A stretch of DNA of 64,000 nt. Origin: Heptranchias perlo. Lineage: Eukaryota. Each line of letters starts with the position of its first letter. The stretch's first letter is position 1. Both the position numbers and the translations under genes were made by a program. The DNA lies in NCBI RefSeq assembly GCF_035084215.1, contig NC_090330.1, forward strand, positions 96,906,001 to 96,970,000, in the 5' to 3' direction. Below are positions 50,645-63,299 of the stretch, in pieces. The notes under the pieces were generated by a model. That model ran no database searches, had not been told where the DNA came from, and saw only the letters and a list, made by a program, of their open reading frames with translations.

Positions 50645-51090
50645 ACACTTGTATTTATATCGCACTTTTCACAGTTTCAGGATGTTCCAAAGAGCTTTAC
50701 AACCAATGAAGTACTTTTGAAATGTAGTCACTGTTGCAGTGTAGGAAACACAGCTGCCAATTTGCTGCAAGGTCCCACAAACAGCAAGGTGATTATGACC
50801 AGATAATCTGTTTTTAGCAGTTGGTTGAGGGTTAAATATTGGCCAGGATAACGGGGAGAACTCCCCTGCTCTTCTTCGAAATAGTGTCATGGGATCTTTT
50901 ACGTCCATCTGAGGGGGTAGGTGGGGCCTCAGTTTAAGATCTCATCTGAAAGACGGCAACTCCAAGAGTGCAGCACTCCCTCAGTACTGCAGTGCAGTTT
51001 CAGCCTAGATTCAGTGCTCAAAGCCCTAGAGTGGGACTTGAATACAACTTTCTGACTCAGAGGCAATATTGCTACCGCTGAGCCATGGCT
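50645..51090 (-). mobile_element. Deu-domain tRNA SINE
   Basis: Reverse complement of the 31225-31650 family; head tggctcagcggtagc..gagtcagaaagttgtattcaagtccc. Confidence 0.85.
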
Positions 51091-51900
51091 GACATCAATG
51101 GACAGGAAAATCAGGCGGGGTGAATAATGGGTGGCTAATTCAATAACACCAGATTTACACCCATGGCCCAAAGTTAAAATTGCCCCTAGTGAGTTTAACA
51201 CATGGTGAAGGTTAAAACAAGAAATCACACAAAGCATTTGTATTTGTAATAAAGAATTAAAACTGGTTTCAAGGCTGCAAAAAAAACTCAATGGATTTAG
51301 ATTACATTATAACCGATGAGTGAGAAGCTCAAAGGGTCAAAGAACTGTGTAGATGAATTATTTGTGGGCAGGGGACTGATGATGTAATGGACGTTAAGAC
51401 AATATCACTATGCAACAGAGGTATAATAAAATCAGGGACCATTGGGAAAGTGACTGGTGCGGGCAAACTGAAAATGAAAAATGGAATGTATGAAAAGAAG
51501 AAAAATATTATGAGACCACAGAGAATTAAAATGGGGGAGCAATAAAAGTACCAGAAAAAGCACAGATCTGAAAATAAAGGGCTTTAAAGGCAAATGGGTA
51601 CATGGGAGGAAGGGGCAGAGAGAAAGACATATAAAAGAGCACTAAACAAAACCAAGGTGCAGATGCAAATAGGAGAAGAAAAATAATTGATTGATGTAGT
51701 TGGGAGTGAATAAATAAGGGCAGCAGAGTTGTGTCAAAAAGCGGAGAATAGCAACTTAGACTATAAGACAGAACCCAGCAACGTGAGTGGCAATTTGGTG
51801 AGAGGTCAGAGGCACAGAACTCAAGATCAAAAAGGCAAGCAAGAAAATACCCAAAAATAGAGTGAGAAGAACCCTGGAAATTAAGAACTTCAATCAAGAG

Positions 51901-52092
51901 TAAGGAGTCTTACAACATCAGGTTATAGTCCAACAGCTTTATTTAAAATCACAAGCTTTCGGAGGCTACCTCCTTCGTCAGGTGAGGAGGTAGCCTCCGA
52001 AAGCTTGTGATTTTAAATAAAGCTGTCGGACCATAACCTGGTGTTGTAAGACTCCTTACATTTGTCCACCCCAGTCCATCACCGGCATCTCC
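51901..52092. mobile_element. Short palindromic Penelope-like insertion (copy 5)
   Basis: Arms 51900-51974/51985-52059, tail, TSD acttcaatcaagag 51887-51900/52093-52106. Confidence 0.92.
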
Positions 52093-55000
52093 ACTTCAAT
52101 CAAGAGGACATAGAAAGGATAGGGAACAGGAAGGCAATGAATGTAATACAGGAAAGAAAGTGTATGATGGTGCTTGGAGGAGGATAAATTCATCTTTAAT
52201 TCATAGCCTAATTTACGTGCTAAAGTGATAAGGAAGGAAAGGAATTGATTAATGATGGATGGATGAAGTGAAGATGAGACATGAATGAAATGATTAACAT
52301 ATCAAGTGATTATTTTATTAATTTATTGCAAGAGCATGGTGCCATGTATGACATGATCATTTAATAATTTCCTTGAGAAGGCACTGATGCATATTGAGAA
52401 ATGACAAAGGAACATAAGTTGTTAGATGCCACTGACGAATAATTTATTTAACACAGATTGTTATGTGGAATAGAAGGATGTATTGGTTTGAAATTCATAC
52501 AATTAATTATAGGAAAATTGAGAGGAGACTGAATTGCTAGGTGAGCTGCAGGTAATATATGACCTGATACAAGGCAACATACTTCTCCTCAATGGTCTTT
52601 GGTTGCACTGTGCCAGATCTTAAATAGCTGAACCACATCAAAGAGGAACCTGAGAGCGATAGGTAAAGAACAAGAAATCATAGCATCGCGAGAGACTGAT
52701 ACAAAGGAGCCATGCAAATCAGGAAAACAAGTCAGGAAAACTAAACCCAAAAAACAAACTAAAATAAAAGGCTTGAGAGGCAGGTTACTCCGTGTGACGA
52801 AGAAACCCAAGAGCAAAAAAATAGGCCCAAATAATCAAAGACGCAGATGAAAATTATCAGGGAAGTGGCCCCCAAGTAAAATGCAGGTAATCACAAAGGT
52901 GAGCCAGCATCAAGTAATAATAAAAAAAGCTCCCAAAAATTCATTACACCTGGATCATGCCTACTGGTGCCCTCCAGTGGTGACCCTGCTTGGAATTTGT
53001 AGAAGGGTACCTCATTTTCAAGGGGCAGCGAGAACCCTCGAGATCTCTTGTGCCCATCTGTCCCATGTGGTTGGAAAATCTGGTGGTTGTCCTCTGTCAG
53101 GAGAGGTTTCCTCTCGAAGACCCCATAGAGACCCCTCTCAGCCCCATATAAGGGGGTTGATCCAAATGTATTTTAAAAAATATCAAAACTATTTTTGGGG
53201 GTCCAGGATGCTTCTCTCACATGGACCCTTCTGAAGGCTGGTATGCTTCATCTGTCTTGGTGTACTGGCTGTCAGTGTTACGCTAAGCTAGGGGAGCAGG
53301 AACTCCTGGCATAGGAAATCCCTCTCCTTAGTTCCACCTCCTTTGCATCATTGGCCTTGAATGGGGTGGGCAGAGGTTCTTCCCCTTACAAAGCCAGACG
53401 AGAACTCACAGAGTAACCATGTCTTTGCCTTTTAGTGGTGGGTCCTGCCAAACTTCCACCAGAGCTGTCTGGTGGATCTATAAGGATAATTGGGACCAAT
53501 AATTCCTATATCGTGCCTGACAAATTTGAAATGTCTCAAGGCATTATGTACACAATAAATTACTTATGAAGTGCAGTGACTATTGTTATATAAGCAAACA
53601 TATATGCAGAGTAAATACATGGCCACCTTCTCCAGAGCTTCCTTCTCATGGGGTGTCAGAGGGGAAATATTTGGTGGTCCGCCACCTCTTGTTAGTCTCT
53701 CTCTACTGTTGTAGACTGTCTTCTCTTTAAAACATAATAGAAAAAGTAAGATTGGCATTTGTTTGCTATGGGATGTACTAAAGTCCGAATTGTCAGCAAG
53801 CAGATTGCATAGTGGGGTAATGACAGCCGCATAAATGTATCATTACATATCATCTGATGCTTTTAATGGTGTAACAGATTCGGAGGTGACACCAATTGGT
53901 AACCAATGTCTCATTTATTTAACTGTCAAATCAAACATGTAAAGGTATCAAATATTTAGACAACAAAGGTCAAAACAATATTACCCCGTTTGATCTCTGG
54001 ATAGAGGTCATAATTAAGTTGGCAATGTGGTCGTTTCAAGTTTTCCCGTTAGGTGGCCTTTGCTGATTCCTCTGCCCTGAGCTCAAAAGATGCTGGGTTT
54101 TTATGTCCCCTCAGCAGGAAACTTCCACCATATATGGAACACTTATAAGACCCTTATAGATTAACAAAGTTGTTTTTCAAAGAATTCTAGATGGTCAGCT
54201 TGTTTTAACATTACTCATTTAACCACAAGACCCTTTTCAAGGTAGCATTGTCTAGCTATCTAGCCATGGTCCTGGTCTAATTGCTATCTTTGGATTATTG
54301 TTCCCTTTTTTGGGTCATTGTTCCTCTATAATCACATAGCTGCCTTGTCTAGCAAGGAGGGTGACACGGGTCAGTCACTAGTCAAAGGTTAACAATTTAC
54401 AATTCAGCAAAATAAGCCGCACACTCTGCAAAATACGCAGCTCAGCCTGCAGAGCAGGATGGTTAGTAGCTTTAAGAAAAATATGTCAATTTTTTCCTAT
54501 TTCTAATATTCTTACGGTGGGGTGATTGTATGTAAGGCTGTGAGTGAAGCAAGACTTCCTTGTGAAGGTTAGGAGTGTAAAGTGCATCCAGGCCATTGAT
54601 GATAACAATTCAAACACTTTAACACAATGTGAGGGGAGGTCATCGTGAGTGTTAGACATGCTTAGCACAGTACATTCTTGGAAGGTGTATTTGGCTTCTC
54701 TTATCTTGGCAGACCTAGTAAGGTCATTACATTTTTTTCTGCATTAAGTTGTTATGTCTGGGGTCAAAGGATTGGCACTCACATCCCTGGCTAGGTCCTT
54801 CTATTGATGTTGTACTGCTCTCCTTTGAGGTCTGTGTTGCTTTCATCCAAACAGGTTGTCCCTCTGCTGTCCAGCTTCTAAGAGAAGCATTTCAGCTATG
54901 ATATCAGCAAATCTAGGGGCTCTCAGACCTCCAGCAGACCTGACAGGCATTACTTGCAAGCCAGAGTGGTGAATTGGTTTCTTTCACATTGGCTCTTTTA

Positions 55001-55883
55001 AACTGCTGCTGATCTTTAAATGAAGTGTGCAAGTTCCCATCTATCCCTGCCCTAAGCCTTTATTGAAATTAGGCAGTCTCTGGAAACTGTAGTTGGGTCC
55101 ACCAAATTAATTTTGGGTGGGCACAAAAGGGACCCTTGTGTTTTTACCAAAGTGAAAAATCTAGGGTACACGAAGTGTAAACTGAAATAAGACTGCTGAA
55201 TTCTTCTAGCGGTCAGTGAGCAGTGACATTCAAGAAACTCATGTCCTAGCAGTAAAAGGACAATGTTCAAACTCAGTCCCTCATTATTTCCAGAACATTA
55301 TTTCACTATCAGGGAAATCATTATCACCAAGAAACTATTCACTCCAATTGAAGTCTTTTCTGGCAAGTGCAAGGGGTTATTTTCAAATCCCAATTTCCTC
55401 TATCTAGGCTGGAAATGGTTCATTCTTGTAATGTGCCCATGCATTTTCATCAGCTTTTGTGTTCACATTCTTCTATGCATCATTAAAAGGCTGCAGCATA
55501 ATCAACATATTCTCAGAAGAAGGTGAGAGCTTCTGGCTTCATCAGTCATTTGCATGGGTAAGGTATGGCACCTCAAGTAGCAACTATTTAACATAGTTAG
55601 TGGGTGAAGTCCCACTGTGTGTTGGAGCTAAGCGAGTTAATGTGTAGTAATTTGATGCATCAGCATTGACAGAACACTGGCTCACTTTTGTCCAGGGATA
55701 ATTTGCATTAACATAAAGTATTGCACAGATCCAGCATGAAGCCACTTTTCAGCTAATTAAAGGTCGGTTATGCACAAATTCAAGGCAAGCATGCAAGGCA
55801 GCTCATGTTTGCCTTGCAACTCACATTGCATTAATGCCAGCTCCTGAAAAGGTCCAGTACAAAGCAGAGCAAAGCATATTAAT

Positions 55884-56041
55884 GGGGTAGATTTTAACTC
55901 TCACTGCCAGGCAGTAAACTCAGCACTGCAGATTGGCCACCCAATGAAGTCAATGGAAAGGAAAATAACGTGGGTGTGTAATGGGAAGCTGATCCGCAAT
56001 GCCACGTTTACCGCCAGGCAGCGAAAGCTAAAATCTACCCC
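55884..56041. mobile_element. MITE
   Basis: TIRs ggggtagattttaact / agctaaaatctacccc with internal inverted similarity. Confidence 0.8.
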
Positions 56042-56429
56042 TTTGTAAGGAGTAACTCTACACAGTAGCATTGGTGTATCATCAAATCTCGTTATGCAGG
56101 ATATATTGGATGAGGAGAGGCAGCAGAAGAGGACCAAGGAGGGCTGATGTCACAAATGGCAGCCTGCCTACTGCAGGTGACTGAGGTATCTCAAACTCAC
56201 CAAGGAGCAATGTGTGAGGAAACTTGAACTTATTAAAAATTCTTTGATAAACTGTGCTAGCTGCTGGAACTAATGTGCAACCATTGGTCAAAATTAATAC
56301 TGGACTGACAGTAGAAATAAAAGCAATGATGGTGCTCACCATTTTTTAATGATGATTTCCTTTCAAGCAATGGCAGGAACCTTGATGGCAATGGAGATCG
56401 CCAAACCCCACCAACACTAACACCATCAC

Positions 56430-56665
56430 AACAACTGCTTACATTTATAAAGTGCCTTCAACAAAGAAAAAAAGAGGAAAGCAGAGGGACAGAGGAATTT
56501 AGGGAGGGTATTCTGGAGAGTGGGACCTAGGCAGTTAAAAAGAATGGCTACCAATGGGTGGTGCGAAGGAATGGGGGGATGCACAAGAGGCTAAAGTCAG
56601 AGGAACAAAGAGTTTGAGGCTAGGTTGGAGGGTTGAAGAGATTACTGGATAGGGAGTGGTGAGGC
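56430..56665 (-). mobile_element. L2 LINE 3' fragment
   Basis: acttacatttataaagtgcc-type tail, and gagggaattttagggagggtatt-type purine strand like the reverse of 9300-9480. Confidence 0.6.
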
Positions 56666-57679
56666 CTTATAAGGGTTAAGCTCGATCTGCATATTTAAAG
56701 AAGGACCCCGTTAGCGCTCGGCTGGTGTTGCTCTTGCCTGCTCAGAAGAGCTGGTTAAGATCGGATTCCACAGGAAGGCAGCAGGATTGGTGCAGGTTAG
56801 TCCCACGGATCATTTTAGCTGCCCACTCGCCCAGTTTCCGACTGACGAGCAGGGTTAAAATCGTCCTTGGAGTTTGTATAATGGAGGTTTTATTGGAAAT
56901 AATTACCACAACTTATGGGACTATAGATGCTTTTGTCTTTGAGAAAGCTGAGTATGAATTGCGTGTAGATATTGGCCGGCATTTTCCATTTCAACACTCC
57001 TAGCGCAGGTCTGGAGCGAATATCAAGAACTTGAGCTCCCCAGCCTGTGATTTTCTGACCATTAATTTTAATGGAATGTGGAATTTTTCAAATGCACTCC
57101 CAGTGTGGACCAAGAGGGCTGAAGTGCAAACTACTGACAATTGTGTTTCTATTTACTTTTTTTTCACACAAATTAAGATTTACTGATGCCTACAGTTGAA
57201 TTAGCTGTGCTGCCATTATAAAGATAGTAGTTTAAAGTGCATTAGATCCTGTGACTGTAGCTAGACTTCAGCAATAATGTTGAAAAGTTGTTGTACCCCA
57301 CTTTTCCTCACTTAAAATACTGAGATTTGAATTGTTTTCACATCAAAATTAAGATTTCAGCAAGAAAAATGCTTCCATGTGGCATACACTCTTGTGCAGT
57401 TTATTCATGCTACCAGCATTTACAGATGCAAATACTGGCTAGAATCTATACAGGTTTCCTGCAGACAGGATTATGTCAGTTTGCTTTGCAGTAAAGCTCG
57501 CGTGAAAGGAACATGATGGTGTTGCTCTTGCTGTATGCTTTCTGGCTTGGCAGATATATACTTCTCCATTATAGGGGTTGACAGTAATGCAAAGTTTTCA
57601 TTTCAGCTTAATAGCTTCTCTTAGCTGTACCTTCTGCATTCCATTTAATTTTCAGAGCTCCTTTCACAGAACAACAGAA

Positions 57680-58745
57680 GATTAGGGAGTGGAGAGTAGT
57701 GGAGAACGGATGTTTTTCTGACTGGAGAGAAGTATGTAGTGGGGTCCCCCAGGGATCAATATTAGGACCAATGTTTTTCTTGTTATGTGTAAATGACCTG
57801 GACTTGGGTACAAGGAGTACAATTTTGAAGTTTTTGGATGATACAAAACTTAGCAATGTAATAAATAGTGAGGAGGATAGTGGCAGACTTCAGGAATATA
57901 TATACAGACTGGTGAAATGGGCAGACACATGGCAAATGCAATTCAATGCGGATAAGTGTGAAGTGACGCACTTTGGCAGGAACAACATGGAGAGGCAGTA
58001 TAATCTAAATGGTACTATTTTGAGGGGGCTGTAAGAGCAGAGGGACCTGGGAGTGCAAATCCACAAATCTTTGAAGGTGGCAAAGCAAAGTTGATCAGGT
58101 GGTTGAGAAAGCATATGGGATACTTGACTTTGTAAATAAGGCCATTGAATACAAAAACAGGGAAGTCATGCTAAACCTTTACAAGTCACTGGTTAAGCCT
58201 CAGCTGGAGTACTGTGTACAATTCTGGGCACCACACTTTAGGAAGGATGTCAAGGCCTTGGAGAGGGTACTGAGGAGGTTTACCAGGATGATACCAGGGT
58301 TGAGGGACTTCAGTTATGTGGAGAGATTAGAGAAGCTGGAATTGTTCTTCTTAGAGCAGAGAAGGTTAAGGGGAGACCTAATAGAGGTATTCAAAATAAT
58401 AAAGAGTGTTGATAGAGCAAGTAGGGAGAAACTTTTCCTCTGGCAAGTGGATCGGTAACCAGAGGTCATAGATTTGAAATAATTGGCAAAAGAATTAGAT
58501 GGGAAATGAGTAAATTTTTTTTCACATATAGGGTCGTTAAGATCAGGAACGTACTACCTGAAAGGGTAGTGGGAGTGGATTCCATGGGAACTTTCAAAAG
58601 ACAATTGGACATGTACTTGAAGAGACTAATTTGCAGGGTTGTGGGGAAAAATACTGGGGAGTGGGACTAAGTTGGACAGCTCTTTCAAAGAGCCGGTAGA
58701 GGCACGATGGGCCAAATGGTCTCCTTCTGTGCTGTAAGATTCTAT
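57680..58745 (+). mobile_element. CR1 LINE 3' kilobase
   Basis: SGVPQGSILGP, KFLDDTKL, WQMQFNADKC, LVKPQLEYCVQFWAP, RRLRGDLIEVFK; tail gctgtaagattctatg resumes after 62771. Confidence 0.92.
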
Positions 58746-59040
58746 GGGGGTTATATTGGCTAACCCCCAAAAACGAGCTCTAGGATCATGGTGCGCGATT
58801 AACCCACACCCGGTCGTTGCGATGCAGGCAGCATGTGACTTCGTGCTGCCTGATGACTTCAATGGTTGCTGCGTGCAACCAGCGCTACCTGCACTGTTGA
58901 TTGGCTGCACGCACCAGCAGGGAGCCCCGATATCGGGAGTGGCTGGCATTATTTAAAGGCAGCCTGCAGCTTACATGGGAGTTGCACTGTGGCTGCAGGA
59001 AGTCCTTGGGAAGTAACTCTGTGCTGGAAGATATTGAAGA

Positions 59041-60913
59041 ATGGCTACGCCTGGGAGACAGTGTGCACCAAGGTTCTCGGATGGTGCACGAGAGGCCTTG
59101 GTGAAAGAGGTGGACAGACGAAGGCCATCCTACATCCTCAGGGGGGCAGGAGGCCCTCCAGACATATGCTGAAGAGGCAATGGGAGTCTGTAGTGGACGA
59201 GGTCAATGCCAGGAGCCTCACTCCACTCACATGGATGTAGTGCAGGAAGAAGTTCAATGATTTGACATGATCGGTCAAGGTGAGTGAGTTCAGCTGTCAC
59301 CAACTGCACCACTAGCCTCATCCACAGCTCCATGCACTATAACCCCATCACCCACCTACCAACAAACTCGATCAGAAAGCAACCCTGCGAATCAGATGCT
59401 GCATCTCACCCTCACACATTACCACTGTTGCAAGCCACACACCCACAACTTACAGGTCTCACACACACTGGCAGCTATTCAACCATGACAGCCACATCAC
59501 CCAAACATGTTGCAGGACACTCATTGACACTTCCCTTTTTCTTGCAGGAAAAGGTGGCACACAACAGTTGGCAACAGGAAAGAACTGGGGGAAGACAGGC
59601 ATGCCTACACGTCCTCACCCCCATGGAGGAGACAGTGCTGTCCATCACTGGACAGGCCATTGCTGCGGCCGTGGCCACTGGCAGTGCTGGAAGTATCGAT
59701 GGTGAGGGTCTCTGCATATCTAATCCTCCTTCTTGCTTCCCACTTCTCCCTCAGCCCACAATCTTTTCCAACTCACGTACTGTAGATAGTTTAAGCACGC
59801 ATGTCTTACTCTCCCCTCCTTTCCCCGCACCACAAGTCAACCCGTGTCCCTTTGTCATTTTAGATATCCAAGAATTGGAACCAGCCCAGTCAGAGGAGGC
59901 AGAGGAAGGTGACAGTGATGATGCAGACACACCGTGACTTGATCTTACACTCGCAGCCACCAGCTCAGATATTGATACTGCGTGTCCTTTAGAGACTAGG
60001 ATTGAGGAGGGATCTGCTCGTGGTGAAACACTGGGCACAAGTGTGCAAGAGCCGGGGTGGGGGGAACGGATACCACAGGTGCCAGCTCGCCAGAGGGCGA
60101 GGTCGCTCACTAGTTCTGCTGCCGAGGAGTCAGGTGATGACATCGATGGGCCAGGCTACAGAAGAAGGCTGATGGGCGTACACCACCAAATGCTTGGTGC
60201 AGTGGAAAACCCGCGCACAATATCAAGGGGCATGGAGGAGTCCAGCTCCAACTTGGCACAGGGCTTTGTGCAGAGCTTGAAGCCCATCTTTTCCGACATG
60301 GAATGGGTGGTCACCTCCATCAGTACACCTGCAGAGCTCACCATGATGCAGCGTCTGATGACTGATGTCATAGATTCTATTGCAGCACAAACATTTGCCA
60401 TCCAAGGTCTGACTGCTGCATTTGGAGCTCAGACTGCTGTCTGGGAAGCTCAGACAGCTGCTTTTGTGGCTCTGGGTTCCAATGTGGAACGGGGCTTCCA
60501 GGACACCACAGCAGTCCAAACGATTTGTTCTCCAGCAGATCACCAGGATTGCTGAGGCGCTGCCTTGGAAGAGTGGCAATGGCACCATGGAAGATGAACC
60601 TGCTGTCCTCTCTCAGAATGGCAGCATTCCTGTTCCCACCCCTGCCACTCCGCCAGTGCCCTTGCCGTTGCCTGTCAGCCAACCGGCCCAGATTGCTGCA
60701 GCCCAGGCCGAGATGATGCAGTCTGAAGCCGGGCCCTCCCGGCCCTGAGCTGCATGAGGTCGTCCTCCACGGCCATCTGCATGCTCTTCCGTTGAAGGTC
60801 AGCAGCCTTCCATCACCCATGCTCCAGCTACTGGGGATGCACCTCTTTGGAGCACTAGGAAAGGTAAAGGCACACAAATGACAGGCACTAAGGGAATGCA
60901 CAAGGGTGAATAG
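59041..60913 (+). pseudogene. Harbinger Myb/SANT-like protein, 3 exons (59041-59279, 59548-59701, 59864-60913)
   Basis: MATPGRQCAPRFSDG..EALVKEV..WESVVDEVNARS...CRKKFNDL; GT-AG introns; stops and frameshifts. Confidence 0.8.
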
Positions 60914-61099
60914 TATCTGTTTGTCTGAATCATTTCATGTGTAAATCTATTAATGTGATTATGAATTTGTATTTGGTGTTGGTTTTCATTTCTGCGATGT
61001 GCTGCGGGAGGAAGCAACATATAATCATAAGGAGGACAATTTGATGGTCATGTGGGAGAGGAAAGGTAAGGAGTGTGGGATTGTTGGTGAATGGGGAGG

Positions 61100-62270
61100 T
61101 GTTGTTGAGGTTACTGGTATCACTCATTAATAATCTGATCACGCAGAGCCCTAGCAGACAGGGCCTATCTACCTTGTTGTCTCCCTGCCTCTTCCTTCAC
61201 TTCCTCCTCCTCTCTTCCTCCTCTTCCTCTGCCTCTTGCTCAGGTTCTCACCAGATAGGTAGTGGCAAGGGTTGTTTTCTCACAATGGTGAGGTTATGCA
61301 GCATGTAGCATACAACGACAAATCTTAATATCCGCTCAGCGCTCCTCCAGAGCGGTCCAGGCAGCGGAAGCTTTGCTTGAGGATACCTGTTGTGCTCAAT
61401 GATGTTCCATGTGGCAGCATGGCTCTCATTGTAGGCCTGCTGTGCACGTGTGCATGCGTTCTGGACTGGAGTTATGAGCCATTTCATGAGGGGATAACCC
61501 TTGTCGCCCAGTAGCCAGCCTTTGACTTGCGGTGCTCGTTAAAATATAGAGCAAACAGAGGACTGCAGCAGAATGAAGGAATCATGACTGCTGCCAGGAT
61601 AGCGAGCATTGACCTGCATGATGCGTTGCGTGTGGTCGCATACTATCTGCACATTGAGGGAATAGAGTCCTTTTCTGTTGATGAGTGTGGCCAAGTTCAG
61701 ATGTGGAGCCGCATAGTAATATGCGTGCAGGCAATGGCACCCTGCACCATGGGGAAGTCTGCAATGCAAGCAAACCCTTGTGCTCGCTCCTGCTGCTTGT
61801 CTCTAGCAAGAGGGAATGAGATTAATCTGTTTTGGAGTGCGTACAGAGCCTCAGTGACCTCCCTTATACAGCAGTGCACTTCAAACTGCGATATGTTGCT
61901 TATATCTCCAGCAGCAGTCTGAAGGGAGCCAGAACCATAAAAACTAAGCACCACCGTTACCTTGATGGTCACAGGCAATGCTGTTCTTGTCCTGCTCTGA
62001 GGCTGCAGTTGTGACTGCAGCAGTTGACAAATTTCAGTCACGACCTCTTCAGTGAACTGCAGCCATCTGATGCACTGGTCGTTGCTGAAGAGAATTGGTC
62101 CATGAAGGCCTTTGTTGGCTATGGCCTCCTGCTGAGTGCCCTGCACCTCCTCCTCCTCCTCCCTCTTCCAGCAACTTGTCCTGCTCTGTGTCGCCTTTCT
62201 GCATGCTCCCAGTCATGTTCAATTCCCAGGAGAAGTCCGAGCAGGCCACCCATCTCTGGAAGCAGCTTTG
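61100..62270 (-). pseudogene. HARBI1-like DDE transposase
   Basis: LPVTIKVTVVLSFYGSGSLQ, FPMVQGAIACTHI (first catalytic D>A), INRKGLYSLNVQIVCD, YPGSSHDS, GWLLGDKGYP, YNESH, MLHNL; frameshifted. Confidence 0.88.
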
Positions 62271-63299
62271 GTCAGCACACTATTTTAAATGCCACTAACA
62301 GCACTGCAAGACCAGCCAGACCACTCTCTATAAAATATTGCAACTTTCTTCGAGTATAGGAAACTTCCAAAAATACCAGTAGCCAGAATAACTAATTCAG
62401 CAACTAACCTCTAACCCCTGCATGATCCCTTTAAGTAACGCTGTTTGTGGGGTGGGGGGGGGGTCCTTCATACCGTTTAACTCCTGTTCAGCTGTTCAAG
62501 GTCAGGACAGTGTGTTGGCTGGAGCAGGGAGTTCCAAAATGCCGCCAGCTGCTTCAAATCACCATTGCATTCTGATTTACGTCATAATCGCCCTACTCTA
62601 CATGCTACCGGTATTCGTTAGATACTTGTGCGCAGCCACCTTTACCAAGATGGTGTCCTGCTCACTTCATGTTGGAAGTGTGCGCGCGAATCTGGGACAC
62701 CATTTTCAGAGCTTGGGTGTCCGCATAGCGCCTACAAAATGGGCGCTACATGGCCTAATTTCACCCCCTACGATTCTATGATTAACTGACGTTTATGTCA
62801 TCTTTTTTGACCAAAAATATGCTATTTTCTTCCAAATCCCAGTTAAATGGCACTTATCCAAGATATTTTACAGCATAAACTTCTTTGAGCTCTAATGCTC
62901 ATTAACAAAAGGGTCCTGTTGAGAGAAAGCTATATTACATTACAGACTCACTAGGATAGAGAGTTACAATAAAACACATCATTAAACAATCACATATAAT
63001 AGATATTAAATCAACAGACCAATGACCCACAAAACATTCATCAAATAAAATACTGGTCATTAGCAAACAGTGAAAGCATTCTGGTTACACTCAAAGCTTT
63101 TCTTCTCATTCTTTTTAAACTCACAGTTCATTCCTTTAACAATTCCAAACCGAAGTGGTTACTAATCACATGGAGACCACTCCATGCCGATAGGAATCTC
63201 CCAACCTGATGTGTTTGGAAAAAGAATAGGACCTACATAGAGATGTCAGGCAGGTCAAACTGATTGGGAATTGCTCTGCGCTCACCTTCCAGAATCCTT

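Larger units (their letters stand above)
58746..62768. mobile_element. Near full-length decayed Harbinger (PIF) transposon
   Basis: TIRs gggggttatattgg / cctaatttcaccccc, TSD tat/tac, two convergent genes. Confidence 0.9.

Noticed and set aside
53800-55560. Possible very old retroelement coding relic
   Set aside because: No diagnostic motif recognised; needs a profile-HMM search
61100-62270. Domesticated host HARBI1 gene
   Set aside because: Frameshifted, first catalytic Asp mutated, and enclosed by TIRs with a Myb partner
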